This document shows positions 41,062 through 50,167 of a DNA stretch of 60,858 nt, piece after piece. Where the stretch lies: the NCBI GenBank assembly GCA_001917585.1, contig MNEG01000043.1, positions 1-60,858 on the forward strand, in the 5' to 3' direction. Origin of the DNA: Candidatus Rokubacteria bacterium 13_1_40CM_68_15 (GTDB lineage: Bacteria > Methylomirabilota > Methylomirabilia > Rokubacteriales > CSP1-6). Each line of letters begins with the position of its first letter. Position 1 is the stretch's first letter. A program made the translations under genes and the position numbers. Below the pieces are notes generated by a model, which made no database searches, was not told where the DNA came from, and worked only from the letters and a program-made list of their open reading frames with translations.

Positions 41062-42256
41062 AGACGAACGGCTCCACCGTCACCGCGTCACCAGCGGCCA
41101 CGTCGCCACGGTCCTCCTCCAGCACGATCAGACAGTTGCCGGTGACCATCGACGAGAGGATGCCGGAGCCCTGCGGCCCCGTCGTGCGGACTTCCCATCC
41201 GCCGTCGGCGTGCTTGAGGACGCCGCGCTTGAACTCCCGCCGTCCCGTCTTCTTGCGCATCGGCTCCATCGCGCGCGCCTGCCAGGACTCCGGGAAGAGG
41301 CGGCGGCGGCCGGCCAGCTTGAAGAGCGCCGGCCGCACGAAGAGCAGGAACGTCAGCGACGAGGCCACGGGGTTGCCGGGCAGACCGAAGAAATGCGCGT
41401 CGCCGATCCGACCGACGGCCAGCGGCCGTCCCGGCTGCATGGCGACCTGCCAGAAGTCGATCCCGCCGATCTCGCCGAGCACGGCCTTGACCAGATCGTA
41501 GATGCCCACCGAGACGCCGCCGGACGTCATGACGACGTCGGCGATCCGGCTCGCCTCTAGCAGTTGGGCACGCAGGACTTCGCGCTGGTCGGGGACGATC
41601 CCGAAGTCGGTGACGCTTCCACCGCACTGCTCCACGAAGCCGCGCAGCGTGAACCGATTGGCGTCGTAGATCTGGCCCGGCTTGCGGGGCGTTCCTGGCT
41701 CGGCCACCTCGTCACCGGTGGAGAGCAGGGCGACACGCGGGCGCTGACTGACGAGCACCTGGGTGTGTCCCAGCGACGCCAGCAATCCCAGCTCTTGCGG
41801 GCGGAGCACGCTGCCACCGGGGATGACGACGGTGCCGGCCATCACGTCTTCGCCGCGCCGGCGCACGTTGGTGGAGCGCTCGATGGGCCCGATGCGCACG
41901 CGCGGTCCGCTGCGCTCGACCTGCTCTTGCGGATACACCGTGTCGGCGCCGGCCGGAATGGGCGCGCCGGTCATGATGCGCACGGCCTGCCCGGCGGCGA
42001 GCGCGCCGACAAACACGGCGCCGGCGGGGAGATCGGCGACGACGGTCAGCTCGCGCAAGCCGCTCGCGGGAATGTCGGCGGCGACGACCGCGTAACCGTC
42101 GACGGCGGAGTTGTCGGTCGGCGGCACGTCGAAGGGCGCGCGCGCGTTCTCGACGAGCACACGACCGAGCGCGGCGCTGAGAGGAAGGATTTCCGGGGCG
42201 GTATTGCGATCGATCTGGGCGAGGATGCGATTTTGCCCATCCCGCACCGAAATCAT
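41054..42256 (-). CDS. moeA: Molybdopterin molybdenumtransferase
   Basis: DNSAVDGYA, IMTGAPIP.GAD, STGDE, TSGGVSVG, QPGRP, LPGNPV, QGSGILSSM. Confidence 0.95.
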   Translation of the reverse strand: MISVRDGQNRILAQIDRNTAPEILPLSAALGRVLVENARAPFDVPPTDNSAVDGYAVVAADIPASGLRELTVVADLPAGAVFVGALAAGQAVRIMTGAPIPAGADTVYPQEQVERSGPRVRIGPIERSTNVRRRGEDVMAGTVVIPGGSVLRPQELGLLASLGHTQVLVSQRPRVALLSTGDEVAEPGTPRKPGQIYDANRFTLRGFVEQCGGSVTDFGIVPDQREVLRAQLLEASRIADVVMTSGGVSVGIYDLVKAVLGEIGGIDFWQVAMQPGRPLAVGRIGDAHFFGLPGNPVASSLTFLLFVRPALFKLAGRRRLFPESWQARAMEPMRKKTGRREFKRGVLKHADGGWEVRTTGPQGSGILSSMVTGNCLIVLEEDRGDVAAGDAVTVEPFVCE

Positions 42257-42277
42257 GCGGCGTATTATACAGACGCC

Positions 42278-42799
42278 GTGACCACCGTGCCTCCCCGCGA
42301 GACGCCACGTCCGGCCGGCTTCTGGATTCGCGGGGCTGCGCTCGTCGTCGACTTCGTGATCTTCTACCTGGCCGAGCATTCCTTCCGGTACGCGGCCTAT
42401 CGCTGGTGGGGCGACGACGTGCGTGATCTCGACACCGGGGACGCGAGTCTCCTGGTTCGGATCCTGGCCGACGTCTTCACGCTCGTGTTCGCGGGCCTGT
42501 ACACGACGGTGCTCCACGCCATGGGCGGACAGACCGTCGGCAAGATGCTGCTGGGCGTCCGCGTCGTCGACGCCGACGGCGCGCCGCTGCCGCTCGGCGC
42601 GGCGCTCCTTCGTTACTTCGCCTACTTCGTCTCGGCGGCGCCGCTGATGATGGGCTTCATCATGGCCGGGCTGCGGCGCGACAAGCGCGCGTTGCACGAC
42701 CTCATCGCGGGAAGTCGGGTCGATCGAGTCCAGGCGCGCCCGCGTGTGCGCGCCGCCCCGCCGCCGACGCAAGCACCGGTGACGCCGCCCGTCGCGTGA
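42278..42799 (+). CDS. RDD family membrane protein
   Basis: AGFWIRGAALVVD, GQTVGKMLLGVRVV, RALHDLIAGSRV. Confidence 0.9.
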   Translation: MTTVPPRETPRPAGFWIRGAALVVDFVIFYLAEHSFRYAAYRWWGDDVRDLDTGDASLLVRILADVFTLVFAGLYTTVLHAMGGQTVGKMLLGVRVVDADGAPLPLGAALLRYFAYFVSAAPLMMGFIMAGLRRDKRALHDLIAGSRVDRVQARPRVRAAPPPTQAPVTPPVA

Positions 42800-43359
42800 T
42801 CCCGACCTTGCCCTTGCGCGCGCGCAATCGGCTGGCCACCACGATCCTGGCCGCGCTCCACGACGCGTCCGCGCGGCAACGCCTGGCCGGCGTGGCCGGC
42901 GGCGACGTCGCCGAGGTCGAGTGGCTGGGCGCCGAGGGGCAGGGCGCGGGCGTGCTCCTCCGGCAGCGCGCCGAGAGCGCGACTCGTGCCCTGGCCGCGC
43001 TGCCGCTCGGTGTCGCCGCGCCTCCGCTCACGGAGGCGCTCGTCAGCGCCGCCGTCCTGTTCGACGCCGGACTCGCCTTCGAGGTCCACGAGCTGCTGGA
43101 GCCGTACTGGGTGCGCGCCGACGGCGAAGAGCGCGAAGCTCTGCAGGGCCTCATCCAGATCGCGGTCGGCTATCAGCACCTGGCCAACGGCAACCTCGCC
43201 GGCGCGCGGGCCCTGCTCGATGAAGGGACGACGCGGATTCGCGGCCGCAACCTGGCCGGTATCGACTGTGATGCGTTCGCGCGTGCCGCGCGGGCGACCA
43301 TTCCGCGGCTGACCGAAGGGCCGACCGCGCCCGATTTTCCCCGACGGAGGACTTCCTGA
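42796..43359 (+). CDS. DUF309 domain protein
   Basis: LFDAGLAFEVHELLEPYW...LQGLIQIAVG..H...GN..GA. Confidence 0.85.
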   Translation: MIPTLPLRARNRLATTILAALHDASARQRLAGVAGGDVAEVEWLGAEGQGAGVLLRQRAESATRALAALPLGVAAPPLTEALVSAAVLFDAGLAFEVHELLEPYWVRADGEEREALQGLIQIAVGYQHLANGNLAGARALLDEGTTRIRGRNLAGIDCDAFARAARATIPRLTEGPTAPDFPRRRTS

Positions 43360-44153
43360 TGGAACTCGGTCTGCGTGGCAAGACGGCGTTGGTCACGGGC
43401 GGCAGTCGCGGCATCGGACGCGCGGTCGCCTCGGTGCTCGTCCGCGAAGGCGCCCGCGTGGCGATCTGCTCTCGGAGCGCGCCCGCTCTGGAATCGGCGG
43501 CGCGCGAGATCGAGCGAGTGGCCGGCACGGCGCCGGCCACGGTGACGGCCGATCTCTCGAGACTCGAAGAAGTCAGCCGCGCCGTCGAAGCGGCCCGCGA
43601 CCGCCTCGGCACGATCGACATCCTTGTCAACAACGCGGGCGCCATTCGTGGCGGCGACTTCCTCAAGACGCCGGATGAGCAGTGGTTGATGGACTGGAAC
43701 CTGAAGCTCCACGGCTACATCCGGATGTCGCGCACGGTGTTCCCGATCATGCAGTCGCAGGGCGGCGGTCGCATCTGCAACGTGATCGGGGCCGCTGCAC
43801 GCAACCCGAGCCCGACTTATTTGCCGGGCGGCGCGGCGAATGCCGCACTCATCAACTTCACGAAGGGCCTCGCCGATCTCGGCGCCCCTCACGGCATCCT
43901 GGTCACGGCGGTCTCACCTGCCGCAACCCGCACCGAGCGCTGGGACTCTCTCATCGCTCAGCAGGCGGCCGCTGCCGGAAAAACGCCGGAGCAGATGCAA
44001 GCCGAAGCGGAGCGGGCATATCCCCTCGGTCGTATCGCGACACCCGAAGACGTCGCCGACCTCGTTTGCTTCCTCGTCTCAGCCAGGGCCTCATTCTTGA
44101 CCGGGATCTGCATCACGGTGGATGGCGGATCGAGCCGTGGTGTGTATTTGTGA
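43359..44153 (+). CDS. SDR oxidoreductase
   Basis: TGGSRGIG, LVNNAG, TGICITVDGG. Confidence 0.9.
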   Translation: MELGLRGKTALVTGGSRGIGRAVASVLVREGARVAICSRSAPALESAAREIERVAGTAPATVTADLSRLEEVSRAVEAARDRLGTIDILVNNAGAIRGGDFLKTPDEQWLMDWNLKLHGYIRMSRTVFPIMQSQGGGRICNVIGAAARNPSPTYLPGGAANAALINFTKGLADLGAPHGILVTAVSPAATRTERWDSLIAQQAAAAGKTPEQMQAEAERAYPLGRIATPEDVADLVCFLVSARASFLTGICITVDGGSSRGVYL

Positions 44154-44168
44154 CCTGATCGAGTGACC

Positions 44169-44198
44169 TTGACAGGCGTTACCTCCTGTCACTACTCT
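44169..44198 (+). promoter_or_regulatory. Sigma-70-like promoter with overlapping inverted repeat
   Basis: TTGACA-18nt-TACTCT; TGACAGG(44170-76)/CCTGTCA(44185-91) palindrome. Confidence 0.5.
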
Positions 44199-44269
44199 TG
44201 GCGCCAGATTCGGTTTCAGGGGGAGTGCCCTAGCTCGGCCGCTTTCACAAAGGGCAGGAGGTTCGTGCG

Positions 44270-44611
44270 ATGCCCGCAAAGCTGTTCGTCGGTAACCTCT
44301 CGTTCCAAGCCACGGAGGAGGACCTGCGCGAGTTGTTCGCTCAGGCCGGAAACGTGGAGACCGTGCGCATCATCACGGACCAGTTCACCGGTCGTCCGCG
44401 CGGCTTCGGCTTCGTGGAAATGGCGACGAAGGAAGAGGCATCCAAGGCCGTCGAGATGCTCAATGGCCGGCTCTTCCGTGATCGAAACCTCGTAGTCGAC
44501 GAGGCCCGGCCGCAGCCACAGCGCGGCCCCGGCGGCGGCGGAGGAGACCGTGGCGGGCGTGGCCCGCGTCCGGGTGGGAGCGGCTCCGGCGGCGGAAGCT
44601 GGCGCCGCTGA
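44270..44611 (+). CDS. RRM RNA-binding protein with Gly-rich tail
   Basis: RNP2 LFVGNL, RNP1 RGFGFVEM, Gly/Arg-rich C-terminus; SD AGGAGG. Confidence 0.95.
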   Translation: MPAKLFVGNLSFQATEEDLRELFAQAGNVETVRIITDQFTGRPRGFGFVEMATKEEASKAVEMLNGRLFRDRNLVVDEARPQPQRGPGGGGGDRGGRGPRPGGSGSGGGSWRR

Positions 44612-44676
44612 TCAGTCCGTGATGTGAGCCTGCGGAGGAGAGCCCGGCAGAACCCCGGGCTGTCCTCGTCCTCGTC

Positions 44677-46917
44677 TCAGAAGAGATCGAGCTGAGGCGA
44701 GGGCTCGTCGTCCAGGGGCGGGCGGAGACCCTCGTTCTCGGCGAATGGTCGGAACCGTGCCCAGATTTCTGCCACCTTCCCCTGGTAATACTCGACGTTC
44801 TCATCGGGACGCTCGACGCTCCACTCGCTGAGAAGCCGCGCCTGCTCGTTGACGGTGACGTTCACGCCGCGGCCAGCGACGTAGTACGAGATCTGGTCGC
44901 CGGGCTGCCAGATGCGGCCGGCGGCGGTCGCCAGCTCGTACGCCGCCGCGGGGCTCCGGACGCCCGCGGCGATCTTTTCGCGGTACGCCTCGAGCGTGTC
45001 GCCCAGCGTCTCCGTCCGCGCGAACATCCTCGCCGGCACCCGACGGCGCGCGAAGTCCTCGAGCCAGCGGTCGACGACCGCCCGGACTTCCTTGCCCCGG
45101 CTCTCGAGCAGCAGCCGCACGATCTCCGCGATGAGACGCCGCTGGAAGGGCTCGAGCCCGCGCGACCGGAACCCCGAGCCCTTGAGGGTGACGCGACCCT
45201 GCTCATCGAGCAGCGCGTAGGTCTTCAGCTTGTACGAGAGGAACGCAACGTAGCGCCCGTCGAGCTCGAGACGAATGCCGTCGGGCAGCGTCGCGGCGAT
45301 CCGCTCGAGCAGCGCGTCGTCGTCGTCGTCGGGCCGGTGATCGGGCGGAGGCACGAAGTACACGCCGTCGGTGTCGGCTTCCAGGGGCACGCAGCCGAGC
45401 GCGCCAAGTCGATCGATGATTCCGGTCACGACCTCGCGTCCCTCGACGGTGACGCGATCGGCCGCCGCGAAGTCGTTCCAGTGGCCCGTGCTGAACGCGA
45501 GATACCCGTAGAAGGCGTTGATGAGGATCTTGAAGGATTGGGCGAGGGCGCCGTGATGCTGGCGCTCGAGCGGCGTCGAAGCGTGCCGGGCCAGTCGCTT
45601 GGCCGTCACACGGCGCTCGGTGAGATCGTGAAGGAGCGCGAGGAAGAAGCCGGCCTCGTCCGACGCGGGGCCGATGCCGCGCGCCAGCATCAGTGACGGA
45701 TACAGCGACGTGACGTCCACGTGCAGCGTGGGGCGGGCGACGCCTTGCTGGAAGAGCGCGACGTGGCCGCCTCCGACGTGAGCGGGTGGCCCCGGCAACG
45801 GCACGGCGTGCCGATGCCGAAGACTTTCGCGCAGCATCAGGGCGTCGATCTTGGCGGCGGCACCGCGGAGCGCCGTCGACTGATAGTCGAAGGGGACGAG
45901 CTGGGCTTGCGCGAACACCGGCGGCGCCAGGAGCCCGGCAACGCCGAGCGTCTCGACGGCGTCGTCGAGCGCATAGGCCATGAGGCGATCGGGATCGTCT
46001 CGGAACAGCTCGGGGATCGCGGCGGCATCGACGTACGTGCGGTCGGCCGCGGCCACGCCCAGGTGGCGTGCGATCTCCTTGAGCCCGAAGCCGGGCAGGT
46101 CCCGGGCGCCCACGTCATGGAGCTGGGCAAGGATCCAGGTGTCGATGATGTGGCGGCCGGCGACCTCGTAGCGGCGATAACCGATTCCGCGCTCGGCGAT
46201 CTGGAGTCGCGCCGGGCGGCCCGCGAGCTGGCTCCCGTCGCGGCCCCACGCCAGCGTCACGCCGTAGCGGCGTGCGCGCGCTTCGAGATACTCGAGGTCG
46301 AAGCGGAAGATATTGTGACCTTCGATGACGTCGGGGTCCAGCTCCTGCACGATTCGCACGCACTCCCCGAGCAGGGTGGCCTCGTCGAGATGGTCGCCGC
46401 GAATCACCTGCCTGAAGCCGGTGGAATCGGCGAGGGCAACGGCGACGATGCGATCGCCCGGCCGAGCGGCGCTCGGGAACTCGAAGCCGTCCGTCGTCAC
46501 CACCTCGATGTCCAGCGCGAGGCGTCGGAGGTCCCCGAACGTGAGGCCGCCGAACGACGTGCGTCCGGACATGAGCAGGTACTGGTGCATCGGGTCGGCA
46601 AGGAAGAGATAGGGCGTTTCCGGTGCGCCCGGCGCGAGAGGGGACCGCTCCCGGCAACGATCACGCGCGCCCACGGCGTAGCCCCACGATTCGAAGCGCG
46701 CGAGCCAGCGGAGGGCACCCTTGCCCTCGAGCGGGATGAGATCGACCAGGCCGGAAATATCGGCTACCAATGATCGATCCGCGGCCAGGAGGAAAGGTTG
46801 GAAGATCGCGGTCTCGGTCTTCAGGCCTACGGGCTCGCGGAAATAAAGCCGGACTGCTCGGCCGTCGTGAGCCAGGTGCCCGGCGACGAGACCGGGCGTG
46901 ACGTCTCTCGAGCTCAG
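44677..46917 (-). CDS. Family B DNA polymerase with 3'-5' exonuclease (probable CTG start)
   Basis: ExoI LALDIE, ExoII GHNIFRFD, ExoIII YALDD; pol DVTSLYPS, KILINAFYG, ADTDG. Frame is open upstream of TTG 46770 to CTG 46917; start uncertain. Confidence 0.88.
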   Translation of the reverse strand: MSSRDVTPGLVAGHLAHDGRAVRLYFREPVGLKTETAIFQPFLLAADRSLVADISGLVDLIPLEGKGALRWLARFESWGYAVGARDRCRERSPLAPGAPETPYLFLADPMHQYLLMSGRTSFGGLTFGDLRRLALDIEVVTTDGFEFPSAARPGDRIVAVALADSTGFRQVIRGDHLDEATLLGECVRIVQELDPDVIEGHNIFRFDLEYLEARARRYGVTLAWGRDGSQLAGRPARLQIAERGIGYRRYEVAGRHIIDTWILAQLHDVGARDLPGFGLKEIARHLGVAAADRTYVDAAAIPELFRDDPDRLMAYALDDAVETLGVAGLLAPPVFAQAQLVPFDYQSTALRGAAAKIDALMLRESLRHRHAVPLPGPPAHVGGGHVALFQQGVARPTLHVDVTSLYPSLMLARGIGPASDEAGFFLALLHDLTERRVTAKRLARHASTPLERQHHGALAQSFKILINAFYGYLAFSTGHWNDFAAADRVTVEGREVVTGIIDRLGALGCVPLEADTDGVYFVPPPDHRPDDDDDALLERIAATLPDGIRLELDGRYVAFLSYKLKTYALLDEQGRVTLKGSGFRSRGLEPFQRRLIAEIVRLLLESRGKEVRAVVDRWLEDFARRRVPARMFARTETLGDTLEAYREKIAAGVRSPAAAYELATAAGRIWQPGDQISYYVAGRGVNVTVNEQARLLSEWSVERPDENVEYYQGKVAEIWARFRPFAENEGLRPPLDDEPSPQLDLF

Positions 46918-47531
46918 CGCGGTACTTCCTCGATCGCCGCGCGGTACTGTGCGAGGTCGACGAGGCCGACGAGTGCGCGACCGGTCTCCGGGAAGATGAC
47001 GGTCGGGATGGAGCGCACGCCTTCCTCGGCGGCTTCGGTGTAGTCCTTGACGACAGCGTCGCGTCCGGCGCCGCCTCGATAGTCGGCGAGAAACCGCTCC
47101 GCGTCGAGGTTGGCTTCGCCCGCGATCTTCACCACTTCGCTCAGGTCGGCGATGTTGCGGCTTTCAGTGAAGAATGCGCGATAGAGCCGGAGGTGGAGGC
47201 GGTCGAACGCCTCGGTGCCCTGGAGCGCCGCGCACTTGGCGGCTTCGAGCCCCGGCAGGCTCCAGTTCGGATAGTGCTCAGCGTGGCGCCACGGGTTGAA
47301 GGCGATTCCGTCGGGCTTCGCCATCTCTCCGCAGCGCAGCCATGCCTGCTCGCGGTAGGTTCCTTTGAACGACGCGGTCGGATCAGGGGCGGGCCTCAGG
47401 GGGAAAGCGCGGTGCTCGAGCACGAGCGAATCACCCAACTCCTCTTCGAGACGCCGGAGGCGAACCGCCGCCGGATAGCACCACGGTCAGAGGTAATCGG
47501 AGTAAACGATCGCCCGAACCGGTGACTTCAT
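46914..47531 (-). CDS. DsbA/FrnE-like thioredoxin-fold selenoprotein (UGA at 47487-47489; UxxC)
   Basis: MKSPVRAIVYSDYL-TGA-PWCY...AFPLRP...LYRAFF...GVRSIPTVIF. The TGA is at the first Cys of the SDxxCPWCY motif. Confidence 0.87.
47454..47474 (-). promoter_or_regulatory. Candidate bacterial SECIS hairpin (DsbA)
   Basis: CCGG-C-GGCG-GTT-CGCC-T-CCGG starting 12 nt 3' of the UGA; G in loop. Confidence 0.6.
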
Positions 47532-47558
47532 CGAGCGGATTGTACCCGCGACCGATGT

Positions 47559-48410
47559 ATGCTCAAAGCCGTGCCGCGCGTGTTCCCGCTCGCGGTTGTC
47601 GGCCTGATCGCTGCTGCCTGCGCCTCGTCCACCGTACGATTCCCCAACGCGGCGCCAGCCACGCCGCGAGAGGTGCCGGCGCAACTGTACACGCCGTCCG
47701 GGACGGGGCCGTTCCCCGCCGTCGTGCTCCTCCACGGCTGTCACGGAGTGTCGGCGTCGACACGACAGTGGGCGCGCTGGTTCAGGGATCGCGGGTACCT
47801 GGCGCTCGTCGTCGACAGCTGGGCGGCGCGCGGAATGACCGAAGGATGCTCGCCGACCTCACCCGACGTTCCGAACACCGAACGCTTCGACGACGGCGTG
47901 GGCGCATTGCGATTCCTGCAGGCACGCGGTGACGTCGACCGCGAACACGTCGGCGTCATCGGCTGGTCCAACGGCGGCGTGTTCGCCCTGGCTCTCGTCA
48001 ATGGCCCCAGCCACGAACGGGCGCGCCAGCGCGGTGTCGTGATGCCCGAGCCGGGTTATCGCGCCGCCGTGGGCGTGTATCCCGGCGGCTGTGAATCGCT
48101 GATCCCTCAGCTCGCCATTCGGCCCCTGCTGGTGCTGATCGGCGCTGCCGACGATTGGACCGCGCCGACGCCGTGCGTGCGGATGGCCGAGTCGATGCGC
48201 CGCCGCGGCGCTGACGTCTCCGTCGTGCTCTATCCCGGAGCCTTCCACTACTTCGACGTCGAGGGGCAGCCGCGGACGTTTCTCCCCGACGTGGTCAAGG
48301 ACGAGCGGACGGGCGAGATCGGGGCGACTGTTGCTTACGATCCGCAGGCCGACGCCGACGCTCACCGTCGGGTCGCCGAGTTCTTCGGGTATCATCTGCG
48401 CCGACAATGA
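47559..48410 (+). CDS. Dienelactone hydrolase family lipoprotein
   Basis: Lipobox-like IAAAC, LLHGCHG, GWSNGG, GAADDWT, YPGAFHYFD. Confidence 0.85.
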   Translation: MLKAVPRVFPLAVVGLIAAACASSTVRFPNAAPATPREVPAQLYTPSGTGPFPAVVLLHGCHGVSASTRQWARWFRDRGYLALVVDSWAARGMTEGCSPTSPDVPNTERFDDGVGALRFLQARGDVDREHVGVIGWSNGGVFALALVNGPSHERARQRGVVMPEPGYRAAVGVYPGGCESLIPQLAIRPLLVLIGAADDWTAPTPCVRMAESMRRRGADVSVVLYPGAFHYFDVEGQPRTFLPDVVKDERTGEIGATVAYDPQADADAHRRVAEFFGYHLRRQ

Positions 48411-48429
48411 CGCACGGGGAGAGCAGAGC

Positions 48430-49192
48430 ATGGATCTCGGACTGAGAGGCAAGGTCGCGCTCGTCACGGCGGCGAGCAAGGGAATGGGCAAGGCGTGCTC
48501 GATGGGCTTCGCTGCCGAGGGCGCCCGCGTGGCCATGTGCGCTCGCACCGAGGCCGACGTCAAGACCGCTGCGGAGGAGGTGCGCGCCAAGACCGGAGCC
48601 GAAGTCCTCGCGATGACGGCCGACGTCACCAAGGCCGACGACGTGAAATCGGTCGTCGCGCGGACGAAGCAGACGTTCGGCGGGATCGACGTGCTCGTCG
48701 CGAACTGCGGCGGCCCGCCCCGGGGCGGCCTGCAGGAGATGACCGACGAGCAGTGGTACGGCGCGTTCGAGGTGTCGCTGTTGTCGGTGGTGAGGCTGGT
48801 CCGCGAGGTGGCGCCGATCATGCGCGCCCGCAAGTGGGGCCGCATCCTCACGATCCAGTCGGTGTCGGTCAAGCAGCCGGTGGACGGACTCCTGCCCGGG
48901 CGTGGCCGGCCTCAGCAAGACACTGGCGCCCGAGCTCGGCAAGGACAACATCACCATCAATGTCGTGTGCCCCGGTCGGATCATGACCGATCGATTCCTC
49001 GGTGGAGCCAAGCAAGCCGGCATGCCGGTGGACGAGTACGTCGCGCAGAGCGCCAGGGACGTTCCGCTGGGCCGCATCGGCACTCCCGAGGAGTTCGCGA
49101 ACGTCGTCGTCTTCCTCGCCTCCGAGAAGGCCTCGTACGTGACGGGGGTGGTGATCCAGGTGGACGGAGGCATGGTGCGGGGGATCGTCTAG
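48430..49192 (+). pseudogene. SDR oxidoreductase, frameshifted near 48896
   Basis: VTAASKGMG..ANCGGPP..SVKQPVDGLL, then a frame change to PGVAGLSKTLA..PGRIMTDR..VDGG. Confidence 0.8.
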
Positions 49193-49198
49193 CGCGCA

Positions 49199-49996
49199 AT
49201 GTTCGGCGGGCTCCGCGGGGCGTTCTCGCGGTTCATCGCCGGCGACGGACTTTTCCTCGCCGCTGGCCTCGCTTTCTTCTTTCTCGTCAGCCTCATCCCG
49301 CTGACGCTGCTCGGCGTCTCCATCGTCGGCTTCGTGCTTTCCTCCGAGCAGGCGGCGCAGGAGGTCGTCGGGCAGCTCGCTCGTAACTTCCCCGTGTACC
49401 GAACCCAGATCGCGCGCATCCTCCTCCGCATCGTGCAGACACGGAAGACGTCGGGTGCGGTCGGGACGCTGGTGCTGCTCGTCTTCGCCTCGCCGCTCTT
49501 CGGCGCCGCCCGGCTCGTCATGCACCGCATGCTCGGCATCCGCACCGGACGGGGCTTCGTGCGGAACGTCGTCGTCAACGCGGGCATGGCGCTGCTGCTC
49601 GGTATTTTCCTGTTCGCCATCGTGGTGATGACGTGGGTGCTCCAGTGGGTCCAGGAGCTGCTGGAGCCCGTGCACGTGCCGGGGCAGTGGATCAGGTGGG
49701 CGACGCTGGCGATCAGCCTCGGGCTCTCGTCGGCGATGTTCTACCTCGGCTACCGTTATATGCCGTACCGCAGGGTGGGGGTCGGTCCCGCACTGGCCGG
49801 GGGCATCGTGGCCGGCGTCCTGTGGGAGGTCGCCAAGCAGCTCTTCAGGCTCTACATCCGCCAGGTCGGTGTTTACGACCAGATCTATGGACCGTTCGCC
49901 GTCCTCATCGCCTTCATCATGTTCGTGTACTACTCGGCGGTCGTCTTCGTCATGGGCGCCGCCTATGTCGCGGCGCTCGACGCCCGCCGACGTTGA
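49199..49996 (+). CDS. YihY/BrkB family membrane protein
   Basis: LAAGLAFFFLVSLIP, LWEVAK.LF..Y, IYG, multi-TM. Confidence 0.88.
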   Translation: MFGGLRGAFSRFIAGDGLFLAAGLAFFFLVSLIPLTLLGVSIVGFVLSSEQAAQEVVGQLARNFPVYRTQIARILLRIVQTRKTSGAVGTLVLLVFASPLFGAARLVMHRMLGIRTGRGFVRNVVVNAGMALLLGIFLFAIVVMTWVLQWVQELLEPVHVPGQWIRWATLAISLGLSSAMFYLGYRYMPYRRVGVGPALAGGIVAGVLWEVAKQLFRLYIRQVGVYDQIYGPFAVLIAFIMFVYYSAVVFVMGAAYVAALDARRR

Positions 49997-50028
49997 GTTG
50001 GAGGGGGCACCGGAGGCCCCCTCCAACT
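49996..50028. repeat. REP-like hairpin
   Basis: 13-bp perfect stem AGTTGGAGGGGGC/GCCCCCTCCAACT, 7-nt loop, right after the YihY stop. Confidence 0.8.
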
Positions 50029-50167
50029 TAACGTCGGCCCCACGCGCGCCCCCTCCAAACGGTCGGAACGGCGCTGCTCCCCACTGGGGGTCGGCCGCCC
50101 ACACGGTTAGCGATGAAATTCTGCTATCTTGTGCGCCGCCGTTGCGGGGAGGTTCAAGGGGGCTCGC

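Noticed and set aside
44677-46917. polB as a marker of a prophage, casposon or pipolin
   Set aside because: No integrase, cas1, terminal repeats or phage genes; the flanks are housekeeping genes of similar composition.
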